Source: Actinomycetota bacterium (lineage in GTDB: Bacteria > Actinomycetota > JBBINU01). From it: 64,000 bases of DNA. Both the position numbers and the translations under genes were made by a program. Shown here piece by piece: positions 48,622 to 57,204 of this stretch. The stretch covers positions 111,451 through 175,450 of the forward strand of contig JBBINU010000004.1 of assembly GCA_037443725.1 (NCBI GenBank), given 5' to 3'. The notes under the pieces are model-generated. The model had not been told where the DNA came from. It saw only the letters and a program-made list of their open reading frames with translations, and did no database searches. Every line of letters begins with the position of its first letter. Position 1 is the stretch's first letter.

Positions 48622-49344
48622 TTACTGGGGGGTCCCTCCAAGGAGGGCACCCCTCCCCCCCGTGTCGGGCATGCCCCTCTCCACCTCGAACTGCCTCACC
48701 TCCCCGGTGACCAGGAAGCCCACCTGCTCCCCGATGTCCACGGCCTGGTCGCCCACCCTCTCGAGGAACCGCGAGACGAGCACTATCCTGGAGGCCCAGT
48801 CCAGCAGGGAGGGGTCCCTGGCCGCTCCGATGACGAGGTCGAAGACCCTCCGGTTCAGCTCGTCGATGGGCTCGTCCAGGCTGGGGAGCTGCATGGCCAG
48901 GGAGAGATCCCTCTCGGCAAAGGCCTTCAGGGCCTGCCCCACCATCTCCCTGGCTCTAGCTCCCATGTCCTGCAGGCACTGAAGGATCTCGGGGCTCGGC
49001 ACGTACTCCCTGGTCATCTCCACGAACTTGGCGATGTTCACTGAGAGGTCGCCTATGCGCTCCAGGTGGAGGTTGACGTGGAGCATGGCAGCCACGAGCC
49101 TGAGGTCCCCTGCCACCGGCGACTGCCTTGCCAGGAGCCCGAGGATTCCTTCCTCGATGGCCTGATAGCGGCGGTCCACCTCGTCATCGATGGCGATAAC
49201 CTGGGCGAGAACCGGCTCCCGCGTCTTCAGCGCCTCCACGGCCAGCTCCAGGGAACGCTGCACCAGCTCGCCACTGCCGAGGAGGCTCGCCTCGAGGGAG
49301 GCCAGCTCCTCGTGGAAGGATTTCCTGGTCGTGCCCGAGTCCAA
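48622..49344 (-). CDS. phoU: Phosphate signalling complex protein PhoU
   Basis: Two PhoU repeats with E/DxxxD motifs, 240 aa. Confidence 0.85.
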   Translation of the reverse strand: MDSGTTRKSFHEELASLEASLLGSGELVQRSLELAVEALKTREPVLAQVIAIDDEVDRRYQAIEEGILGLLARQSPVAGDLRLVAAMLHVNLHLERIGDLSVNIAKFVEMTREYVPSPEILQCLQDMGARAREMVGQALKAFAERDLSLAMQLPSLDEPIDELNRRVFDLVIGAARDPSLLDWASRIVLVSRFLERVGDQAVDIGEQVGFLVTGEVRQFEVERGMPDTGGRGALLGGTPQ

Positions 49345-49364
49345 TGCCTCTCCTTCTCGCCCCC

Positions 49365-50255
49365 TCAGCCGAACCTCCCCGTTATGTAATCCTCCGTCCT
49401 CCTCTCCTTCGGCCTGGTGAAAAGTTCCTTCGTGGGAGCGTACTCCACCAGCTCCCCGTCGAGCAGGAAGGCCGTGTAGTCCGAGACCCGGGCCGCCTGC
49501 TGCATGTTGTGCGTGACTATCACCACGGTGAGATCTTTTTTCATCTCCCTCACCAGATCCTCGATCTTCAGGGTGGAGGCGGGGTCCAGGGCTGAGGCAG
49601 GTTCATCCAGGAGCAGGACCTCCGGCTTCACGGCCAGGGCCCTGGCAATGCAGAGCCTCTGCTGCTGACCCCCGGAGAGGAGGCTCCCCCTCTCATGTAG
49701 CCGATCCTTCACCTCGTCCCAGAGCCCGGCCATTCGAAGAGCCTTCTCTACCTCCTCCTCGAGAACCCTCCTGTTCCTCACCCCTCCGAGGCGGAGCCCC
49801 GCCGCAACGTTGTCGAAAATGCTCATGTTGGGGAAGGGATTGGGTCGCTGGAAGACCATCCCTATGACCCGTCGGACCTCCATCGGGTCGACCTCGGGGT
49901 CATAGATGTCAAGGCCGTCGAGGAAGACCCTCCCCTCCACCCTGGCACCAGGAACTTCCTCGTGCATCCTGTTAAGGCACCGAACGAAGGTGGACTTCCC
50001 GCAACCCGAGGGCCCGATGATGGCCGTCACCTGGTTCGCCTCGATGTAAAGGCTCACTCCCTTCAGGGCCTGGAGCTCCCCGAACCAGGCCGAGAGGGAC
50101 TCGACCTTTATGGCCCTTCCCAACGGCGGGTTCTCCCCCTCCCGCAACTCTAGCTCCCTCCGTATTTTCTTCTCAGAACCCACCTCGCACCAAGGGTGAG
50201 GAGAAGCACCCCAGCCACGAGGACCAGTGCCGCAGCCCAGGCCTGCCGGTGCCAA
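49365..50255 (-). CDS. pstB: Phosphate ABC transporter ATP-binding protein
   Basis: Walker [10 protein letters not shown], the signature LSGGQQQR, and Walker B LLLDEP. The ORF N-terminal ~35 aa overlap pstA, so the start is probably near 50150. Confidence 0.9.
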   Translation of the reverse strand: MAPAGLGCGTGPRGWGASPHPWCEVGSEKKIRRELELREGENPPLGRAIKVESLSAWFGELQALKGVSLYIEANQVTAIIGPSGCGKSTFVRCLNRMHEEVPGARVEGRVFLDGLDIYDPEVDPMEVRRVIGMVFQRPNPFPNMSIFDNVAAGLRLGGVRNRRVLEEEVEKALRMAGLWDEVKDRLHERGSLLSGGQQQRLCIARALAVKPEVLLLDEPASALDPASTLKIEDLVREMKKDLTVVIVTHNMQQAARVSDYTAFLLDGELVEYAPTKELFTRPKERRTEDYITGRFG

Positions 50256-50968
50256 TCCTCGTAGGGGCTTATGGCGTAGTTGAAAATCATCACCGGGAGG
50301 GTCGCCACCGGCCTGTCGGGCCTCAAGTTCCAGAACCTGTTACCCAGGGCGGTGAGGAGGAGGGGTGCTGTCTCACCTGCGGCCCGCGCCACGGCGAGCA
50401 GCGCTCCAGAGAGGATTCCACCTGCAGCGCTGGGGACGACCACCCAGAGCACCGCTTTCCATTTGGGTATGCCGAGGGCGAGGGCCCCCTCCCTTACTTC
50501 CTGAGGGACTAGGGCGAGAACCTCGTCGGTGGAGCGCTGGACCGTCGGCAGCATGACTAGGGCCAGGGCGAGCCCCCCGGCCAGGGCGGAGAACCTCCGC
50601 ATGGCCACGACCACCACGGCCCAGACGAAAACCCCCAGGACTATCGAGGGAACCCCGGCCAGGACGTCCGAGACGAGCCTCACCGCCCGCGCCCCCCACA
50701 CGCCGGCATATTCCCTCGTGTAAACGCCCCCCAGGACCCCGAGGGGGAGGGCAATGGCGCTGCCCAGACCGACCACCATGAGGGAACCCACCACCGCGTT
50801 GGCCATCCCGCCCCCCTCGACGCCGAGGGGCTTGGGCAGCTTGGTGAAGAAGTCCAGGTCCAGGGAGGGAGCACCCTTCATGACTAGGACCACCAGGACC
50901 CAGAGGAGGGGAGCGAGGGCGACGACGGCGGCGAGGCTCGCCGCCACCATGAACACCCGCTCCGCCAC
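50150..50968 (-). CDS. pstA: Phosphate ABC transporter permease PstA
   Basis: Six TM helices and an EAA-like loop in a 272 aa protein. Confidence 0.85.
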   Translation of the reverse strand: MAERVFMVAASLAAVVALAPLLWVLVVLVMKGAPSLDLDFFTKLPKPLGVEGGGMANAVVGSLMVVGLGSAIALPLGVLGGVYTREYAGVWGARAVRLVSDVLAGVPSIVLGVFVWAVVVVAMRRFSALAGGLALALVMLPTVQRSTDEVLALVPQEVREGALALGIPKWKAVLWVVVPSAAGGILSGALLAVARAAGETAPLLLTALGNRFWNLRPDRPVATLPVMIFNYAISPYEDWHRQAWAAALVLVAGVLLLTLGARWVLRRKYGGS

Positions 50969-51027
50969 CTTCCTCCTGAAGAGGGCCCGAGCCTCCCCCC
51001 TCCCCTTCTCGGCCAGGATCGTCTGTC

Positions 51028-52038
51028 TCAGCGGAGCCCCCTCTCCTCTCCCCCGGTCACCTTCCAGACAAGAAGCCGCGCAATGAGGTTCACCAGGAAG
51101 GTCACGAACATCAGGGCCAGAGCGAGGTAGACCAGGGACGCCAGGTGAACGTCCCCTGCAGCCTCAGTGAACTCGTTGGCCAGGGCAGCCGCAGCCGTGT
51201 ACCCCGGGGCGAACAGGCAGGCCGAGATCTCGGGCCGATTCCCCACGACCATGGTGACGGCCATGGTCTCCCCGAGAGCACGGGCGAGACCCAGGAAGAT
51301 GGCCCCGATCACCCCTCCCCGGGCCACAGGAAAGGTCACCATGCGGACCACATCCCACCTGGTAGCCCCCAGAGCCATCGCTCCCTCCTTCAGCTCCGTC
51401 GGCACGGCCAGGAAGACTTCCCGGCAGATGGAGGCCACCGTGGGCAGGATCATCACGGAGAGAATCACCCCTCCTGCGAGGTAGTTGAACTGAGCCCCCG
51501 TGCAGCTGAAAAGGGGAGAGAAACCAAAGGCCCGCCGGAGCAGGGGTTCCACCCGAGAGCTCAGAAAGGGCACCAGGTAGAACATGCCCCAGAGGCCGTA
51601 GACGACACTGGGGACCCCGGCCAGCAGGTCGAGAACGGGCGTGAGCAGGGAACGGACTCTCCGCGGGGCGATCTCCACCACGAACAGGGCCGACCCCAGA
51701 GCCACGGGGACCCCGAAGAGAACGGCGAGGACGCTCGTGACGATGGTTCCGTAAACGAAGGGGAGGGCCCCGAAGACTTCGTGGACGGGGTCCCAGACCC
51801 TACCCCAGAAAAACCGGAGTCCGAAGGCCCCCCGGGCAGGGCCGGAAGCCCTCCAGAGGACCGCCACGATCCCGAGGAGGATGAGAAGGGGAAGGAACCC
51901 GGAGAGACTCAGGCCGGCCCGGAAGACCGACTCCGGCCCGCGCCCTTTCCTTCGTCGCAGCAGGCGGAGCCCGGCCTCCAACCCCATCCCCCCTCCGGCC
52001 ACTCCCTCAGCCCTTCCTTTCGAGGACAGGCGTGCCAC
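51028..52038 (-). CDS. pstC: Phosphate ABC transporter permease PstC
   Basis: TM permease. The ORF start overlaps the pstS end, so the start is probably near 51987. Confidence 0.85.
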   Translation of the reverse strand: MARLSSKGRAEGVAGGGMGLEAGLRLLRRRKGRGPESVFRAGLSLSGFLPLLILLGIVAVLWRASGPARGAFGLRFFWGRVWDPVHEVFGALPFVYGTIVTSVLAVLFGVPVALGSALFVVEIAPRRVRSLLTPVLDLLAGVPSVVYGLWGMFYLVPFLSSRVEPLLRRAFGFSPLFSCTGAQFNYLAGGVILSVMILPTVASICREVFLAVPTELKEGAMALGATRWDVVRMVTFPVARGGVIGAIFLGLARALGETMAVTMVVGNRPEISACLFAPGYTAAAALANEFTEAAGDVHLASLVYLALALMFVTFLVNLIARLLVWKVTGGEERGLR

Positions 52039-53173
52039 GATAGGTTATGGCGAGAAGCTTCTCCTCGACCCTCTTCACCACCTCGGGAGCGAGGGGAGCG
52101 TAAAGCAGCTCCTCGGCGTAGGCCTGCCCGTCGTGCACGGCCCACCAGAGAAAGTTCACGAGGGTCTCAGCCTTCTCCTTATCCCTCTGCTCCCTGTGCA
52201 GCAGAATGTAGGTAAACCCCGCGATGGGGTACGCATCCTCACCAGGCGCGTCGGTGAACGTGGCCCTTAGGTCCTCCGGCATGGAGCCGGCCACCGAGGC
52301 CATGGCAGCGGTGGTCCCTCGGAGGGTGGGTTCCACGAACTTCCCGGCCCTGTTCCTCACCAGCCCGTAAGTCATGCGATTCTGGACGGCGTAGGCGAGC
52401 TCCACGTACCCAATGGAACCCGGCGTCTGGCGGACCACTCCAGCCACGCCCTCGTTCCCCTTACCACCCAACCCCACCGGCCAGTTCACGGAGGTCCCGA
52501 AACCCACCTTCTCCTTCCACTCGGGGCTCGCCTTCGAGAGGTAGTGGGTGAAGATGTATGTGGTTCCGCTCCCATCGCTCCGGTGGACCACGGTGATAGG
52601 CCTGGCAGGAAGAGCAACCCCAGGGTTCGCCTCCCGAAGGGCGGGGTCATCCCAGGACTTGATCTTGCCAAGGTAAATGCCGGCGATGACCGCGGGGGTG
52701 AACTTGAGCCTCTCCTTCACCTCGGGCAAGTTGTAAACGATGGCTTCTGCCCCCGCGACGGTGGGAATGTGAACAAGATCGGGGGCCTTCGCCAGTTGCT
52801 CGTCACTAAGAGGAGCGTCGGACGCGCCGAAATCGACAGTCCCCTCTGTGATCTGTTTGATGCCCCCTCCCGACCCTATGGACTGGTAGTTAATGTCCGC
52901 CCCGGGAACGAGTCTCGAGTACTCCTCGAACCAGCGGGAGTAAAGGGGGTACGGGAATGTGGCGCCGGCTCCCGTGAGGGCCACCCCCCTGGCGGGCAGC
53001 CCTAGGCGCCCGCCACTGGGGGAAACACCTCCGGGCCGGCCTTCACCGCCGCAGCCTGCCGCCACCGCCACCAGTAAGCCGAGGGCCGCCACCAGCCGCG
53101 CGCCTCCCCCGAAAACCTGCCGAGCCATACCTCTTCCCTCCTGGTCCTCAAGAACCGCTTGCTCCACCGGCAA
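52007..53173 (-). CDS. pstS: Phosphate-binding protein PstS (lipoprotein)
   Basis: PBP fold with a lipobox LLVAVAAGC. The canonical start MARQVF is at 53128, preceded by GGAGGGAAGAGG. Confidence 0.85.
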   Translation of the reverse strand: MPVEQAVLEDQEGRGMARQVFGGGARLVAALGLLVAVAAGCGGEGRPGGVSPSGGRLGLPARGVALTGAGATFPYPLYSRWFEEYSRLVPGADINYQSIGSGGGIKQITEGTVDFGASDAPLSDEQLAKAPDLVHIPTVAGAEAIVYNLPEVKERLKFTPAVIAGIYLGKIKSWDDPALREANPGVALPARPITVVHRSDGSGTTYIFTHYLSKASPEWKEKVGFGTSVNWPVGLGGKGNEGVAGVVRQTPGSIGYVELAYAVQNRMTYGLVRNRAGKFVEPTLRGTTAAMASVAGSMPEDLRATFTDAPGEDAYPIAGFTYILLHREQRDKEKAETLVNFLWWAVHDGQAYAEELLYAPLAPEVVKRVEEKLLAITYRGTPVLERKG

Positions 53174-53186
53174 AAAAGCTACTCTC

Positions 53187-53260
53187 CCTTGCCCGGGCTA
53201 GAGCCGAGGGAAAGCCAACACCGGAAAAAAACCCGGTAAAGACTGGAGGGAACCGGGGAA
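53187..53260 (-). promoter_or_regulatory. Putative Pho-box-like direct repeats (TTTACC / TTTTCC / TTGGCT at ~11-12 bp spacing) upstream of pstS
   Basis: Read on the minus strand 60-130 bp upstream of the pstS start. The call rests on spacing and half-site resemblance only. Confidence 0.25.
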
Positions 53261-53622
53261 AGGATGTTTCCCTCGGGCCGGGACCGGGTTCCAGGGCACC
53301 CCGGTTTCACCCGGAGGTTAACCCTGCCGGGGGAGGTCTCGAAGCCGACCCAGGGGTAGGATGGGGCACAAGGACACGAGGAAAGCGGGAAGCTCTCGTG
53401 AGGGCCTTGAAACGGAAGGATCTCGGTTTGGCTCACAAGGGATCTTGGCTCGAGCGCCTCCAGGTCCTCGTGGGGACGGACCGACGACCGGGGCCGGGTC
53501 AGCCTGAGCTCGGAAGCAACTGGCCCCGAAGCCGCCCCGGCGGCACCCTCCCCTCGAGGACAGAGGCGCCTCCCGCCAACTCCATCGTCGAGATGGTTCT
53601 GGGAGAACATGCCATGATCAGG

Positions 53623-54069
53623 GTTCTTCTAAATGAGCTTGCGAGCCGGCTGAAGACGGCTCCCTGCGACACCCCCTCCACCAAAGCGATGGCAGGTCTG
53701 GTGGCCACCGCCCTCCTCTCCCACGCCTCCCTCGAGGAAGAGGTGCTCCTCCCGCACCTCGACGCGGCCCTCGGCAACGAAGGCCTGCCCATGCTCATGC
53801 GCCGGGAGCACCACGCCCTCGAGTTGTCTTGGGAGCAAGCAAGCAAAAGCCCCTGGGCTTCGCCCGCGGACAGGCTCCCCCAATTCCTCGCCCTCGCCAG
53901 GGAACACCTCGCCAGGGAAGAACGTGTGCTGCTTCCCGCGGCCAGGATCCTCCTCACCGCCCTTGAACAACAGGTCCTCGGTCGGCGGTGGGCTTGCGCG
54001 CGCGGCCTGGAGTTCCCCAGTCCCCGCCCCCGGGACACCGCGGTGATGTCCCCGCAGCCCCGGGCTTAG
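53623..54069 (+). CDS. Hemerythrin-like (HHE cation-binding) domain protein
   Basis: Paired H...E / H..EE motifs (LSHASLEEEVLLPHLD, REHHALE, LAREHLAREERVLLP). ATG 53623 is preceded by GGGAGAA. The upstream part of the ORF (53398-53620) looks non-coding. Confidence 0.5.
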   Translation, partial: VLLNELASRLKTAPCDTPSTKAMAGLVATALLSHASLEEEVLLPHLDAALGNEGLPMLMRREHHALELSWEQASKSPWASPADRLPQFLALAREHLAREERVLLPAARILLTALEQQVLGRRWACARGLEFPSPRPRDTAVMSPQPRA

Positions 54070-54082
54070 ATGAAGAGGGTAC

Positions 54083-54571
54083 TCAGATGAAGAGGGTGAC
54101 GGCCGCCTCCTTCATCTCCTGTATCGCCGCGGCAGCGCCGAGGGGCTCCCCGACTCCGTCTATCAAGTCCTCGCGCTTCAAGCCGAGGAGGTCCATGGTC
54201 ATCTGGCACGGCATGAGCTTCACCCCCATCTCGGTGGCAAGAGAGATGAGATCCTCGGGGCTCGGCACCTTGTAGTCTCTGGCTAGCCTCCTCATCATCC
54301 ACGGCCCCATCCCCCCGAAGTTAAGCTTAGTGAGCTTGGCGTGCCTGGTTCCAGGGCGGTTCATGAGAGCCAGCATCTTCTGCATCCACTGGGTCCCCGT
54401 GATCCTGACATCATTCCTCACCAGGAGGAAGAGACCCCAGAAGGTGAAGAAGACCCCCACCTCCCAACCCGAGGCGGCCGCCGTCGTGGCGAGGATAAGG
54501 GTGGGCCAGGCCCTGTCCAGATCTCCACCCCAGGCGACAATAACGAGCTTTTCCTTCTTCTCCACACCCAT
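54083..54571 (-). CDS. DsrE/DsrF-like (COG2210-type) sulfur-relay family protein
   Basis: KLVIVAWGGDLDRAWPTLILATTAAASGWEVGVFFTFWGL ... MPCQMTMDLLGLKREDLIDGV matches the DsrE-like fold pattern with the conserved Cys. Confidence 0.65.
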   Translation of the reverse strand: MGVEKKEKLVIVAWGGDLDRAWPTLILATTAAASGWEVGVFFTFWGLFLLVRNDVRITGTQWMQKMLALMNRPGTRHAKLTKLNFGGMGPWMMRRLARDYKVPSPEDLISLATEMGVKLMPCQMTMDLLGLKREDLIDGVGEPLGAAAAIQEMKEAAVTLFI

Positions 54572-54672
54572 CTCGCACCCCCCGCTATCCGAGCGCTCCG
54601 CCCGATTCTACGGCAGCCCGTGACTCACCCCTCGTCAAAGGAGGCAAACTCTCGACCGAACCCGAACACGAA

Positions 54673-54699
54673 GAAGAGGGACCCGAGAGGTCCCTCTTC
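54673..54699 (-). terminator. Hairpin GAAGAGGGACC-tctcg-GGTCCCTCTTC followed by TTCGTGTT (candidate intrinsic terminator of the upstream regulator gene)
   Basis: Perfect 11-bp stem. The sequence is U-rich only after the stem on the minus strand. Confidence 0.45.
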
Positions 54700-54891
54700 T
54701 CTGCCGCCGCATCCAGGCAGGCGGGGTGCTGTACCTGCCCGATCACCCGGCTCTGGAGGGAGGGCGCTCCTTGGAGCCGGGGCCTCTGGCCCGCGGCGGC
54801 CGGAGAACGAACCACCCCACCGATGGAGAATGTAAGCCCAGGGCCCGAGAAATCCATCCCCACCGCGGGGAACCTGAAGGGGGAGGGAATC

Positions 54892-55713
54892 TCACCCTCC
54901 TGGGTGAGGCGGCTCACCCGAGACCCTCCCCCGGGGTCCCGAAGGGGCTTCCGGAAAAGGGATCTCCGCCTCCACGGGCTCCCCCGCCTCCTTGCGGGAG
55001 GCGGCAGCAGATCCGCTGAAGCGGTACCCCACCCCTCTTACGGTCTCGATCACGCCGGCACACTCGCCGAGCTTCGCCCGGAGCCGCCGCACGTGCACAT
55101 CCACGGTTCTGCTCCCCCCGAAGTAGTCGTATCCCCACACCCTCGAAAGGAGCATCTCCCGGCTAAAGACCCGCCCCGGGTGGGTGGCAAGGAACCGGAG
55201 GAGCTCGTACTCCATGTAGGTGAGGTCCACAGGCCGGTCCTTCACGTAAACCTGGTAGGTGCCGAGGTTTATCACAAGATCCCCCGCCCTCACCACCTCG
55301 CCTCCGCTGATCCGCCTCACCTTCCAGAGAATGTGCCTCAGCCTGGCGTCCAGCTCCGCGAGTCCCACGGGAGCCAGGGCAAAGTCGTCAAAGAGGCTTT
55401 CCCGGTGAACCAGGTCGAGGAGAAGATCCTCCCCCATGACCACCAGGACGGGAATCTGCCGGCCGTAGGGGTCTCTCCGCATCTGGGCGAGGATGCGAAA
55501 ACCCTCCTCGGGCCAGCGCGAGAGGTCCACCACGCAGACGTCCGGCCGGACCCCAGCCGGCAGACCTGTCCACTCGGAGAAGAGAACCCCGTGCGCCTCG
55601 TAGCCGAGAACCTTAAGCTCGGAGCATAAGGAGGCAAGGCGCTCCGAGACGGCTGCCATGACGAGGGCTTCCTTCACCCCTCCCCCCCTACAGCAAGGGA
55701 AGGTACCGGGCAA
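54892..55713 (-). CDS. Atypical OmpR-family regulator with degenerate receiver (GlnR-like orphan)
   Basis: C-terminal winged helix (YELLRFLATHPGRVFSREMLLSRVWG ... TVDVHVRRLRAKL). The N-terminal receiver-like domain retains an Asp (DVCVVDL) but lacks the DD acidic pocket, Thr and Lys. It lies directly upstream of two GS genes. Confidence 0.55.
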   Translation of the reverse strand: MPGTFPCCRGGGVKEALVMAAVSERLASLCSELKVLGYEAHGVLFSEWTGLPAGVRPDVCVVDLSRWPEEGFRILAQMRRDPYGRQIPVLVVMGEDLLLDLVHRESLFDDFALAPVGLAELDARLRHILWKVRRISGGEVVRAGDLVINLGTYQVYVKDRPVDLTYMEYELLRFLATHPGRVFSREMLLSRVWGYDYFGGSRTVDVHVRRLRAKLGECAGVIETVRGVGYRFSGSAAASRKEAGEPVEAEIPFPEAPSGPRGRVSGEPPHPGG

Positions 55714-57016
55714 TCTCGTACTCCGTCACCACCGACCGGTACTCCTCCCACTCTTTCCTCTTGTTGGTGATGAACCACTGGAAGACGTGCTCCCCCAGGG
55801 CATCGGCCACCAGCTCGCTCCCCTCCATCACCTCGATGGCCTCCCCGAGGTCCCGGGGGAGCTCCTGGATACCGATGGCCCTCCTCTCTGAAGGAGTCAT
55901 GTCGTAGATGTTGTCGGTGGCCTCCGGAGGCAGCTCGTAACCCTCCCTTATCCCCTTGAGGCCGGCCGCCAGCACCACCGCAAAGCAGAGATACGGGTTG
56001 CAAGCCGGGTCTGGGGAGCGCAACTCAATCCGGCACGAGGCCTCTTTCTTCGGCTTGGTCATGGGAACCCGAACCAGGGCCGAACGGTTCTGCCTCCCCC
56101 AGCAGACGTAAACCGGGGCCTCATACCCGGGCACCAGGCGCTTGTAGGAGTTCACCCACTGGTTGGTCACGGCCGTGATCTCCCGAGCGTGGACGAGCAG
56201 GCCCGCGATGAAGCTCTTCGCCACCTTGGAGAGGTGGTAAGGGTCCGAGGGGTCCCAAAAGGCATTCCGCTCCCCCTCGAAGAGGGAGAAGTGGGTGTGC
56301 ATGCCGCTCCCCCAAGCCCCCTGGATGGGCTTGGGCATGAAGGTGGCGTAGATGCCGAACTCCTGAGCCACCTCCTTCACGGTGAGCCTGAAGGTCATGA
56401 TCGAATCGGCCATGGTCAGGGCATCCGTGTGCCGCAGGTCTATTTCGTGCTGGCTCGCGGCCACCTCATGGTGGGACTCCTTCACGGGTATGCCCAGCTG
56501 CTCTAGGTAGAGGATGGTCCTTCTCCTGAATTCCGAAGCAACGTCGAGAGGGGTTAGGTCGAAGTAGCTCCCGTGGTCCAGGGGCTCACAGCCGGTGGAG
56601 TCCTTGAACAGAAAGAACTCGAGCTCCGGCCCGGCATAGAACGTGAACCCCATCTCCGCGGCTCTCGCCAGGTTCCTTCTCAGGACGTGCCGGGGGTCGC
56701 CCTCGAAGGGAACACCATCGGGCGTGTAGATGTCACAAAACATTCTGGCAACGCCCTGGACCTCAGGCCGCCAGGGGAGGATCTGGAAGGTGGCAGGATC
56801 GGGACGGGCCACCATATCCGACTCCTGCACCCGGGCGAACCCGTCCACGGTGCTGCCATCAAAACCCACCCCTTCCTCGAAAGCCACCTCCAGCTCCTCC
56901 GCGGGGATGGAGAAGCTCTTGAGGAAGCCGAGAACGTCAGTGAACCAAAGCCTTATGAAGCGGATCCCTCTCTCCTCAACGGTTCTCAGCACGTACTCGG
57001 TCTCTGCCTTGGGCAT
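55688..57016 (-). CDS. glnA: Glutamine synthetase, type I-alpha-like (442 aa)
   Basis: GS beta-grasp and catalytic domain motifs. ATG 57016 is preceded by AGGAGGTG. The ORF tool extends the frame to 57175. Confidence 0.9.
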   Translation of the reverse strand: MPKAETEYVLRTVEERGIRFIRLWFTDVLGFLKSFSIPAEELEVAFEEGVGFDGSTVDGFARVQESDMVARPDPATFQILPWRPEVQGVARMFCDIYTPDGVPFEGDPRHVLRRNLARAAEMGFTFYAGPELEFFLFKDSTGCEPLDHGSYFDLTPLDVASEFRRRTILYLEQLGIPVKESHHEVAASQHEIDLRHTDALTMADSIMTFRLTVKEVAQEFGIYATFMPKPIQGAWGSGMHTHFSLFEGERNAFWDPSDPYHLSKVAKSFIAGLLVHAREITAVTNQWVNSYKRLVPGYEAPVYVCWGRQNRSALVRVPMTKPKKEASCRIELRSPDPACNPYLCFAVVLAAGLKGIREGYELPPEATDNIYDMTPSERRAIGIQELPRDLGEAIEVMEGSELVADALGEHVFQWFITNKRKEWEEYRSVVTEYEIARYLPLL

Positions 57017-57028
57017 GCCCCCACCTCC

Positions 57029-57146
57029 TGAAACCGCTGCCTTCCCGGATTCTACCCGCGCTCCGGAGAACCCCCGGGCACGCCTCTTCGGCCAATCGAA
57101 GACCCGTGAACGGGCCGAGGCGGAAGCCCGCGGGGCAGCGGTTTCA
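57029..57146 (-). promoter_or_regulatory. Perfect 13-bp inverted repeat (TGAAACCGCTGCC ... GGCAGCGGTTTCA) enclosing 92 nt in the leader of the GSI-alpha gene
   Basis: Seen directly: 57029-57041 and 57134-57146. Confidence 0.4.
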
Positions 57147-57204
57147 AATCGCCGCTCAACAGAGGGAGGCCCCACCCGCCTTCAAGACTCCCGGGGTACG
57201 GAGC

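Noticed and set aside
53179-53610. 143-aa minus-strand ORF in the pstS upstream region
   Set aside because: It lies wholly within the lower-GC promoter/UTR region, shows no domain-like sequence, and no RBS is evident.
53398-53622. N-terminal 75 codons of the 223-aa ORF preceding the hemerythrin-like domain
   Set aside because: The translation is Pro/Gly/Arg-rich and unstructured. The region is the pst promoter/UTR. A strong RBS (GGGAGAA) precedes the internal ATG at 53623.
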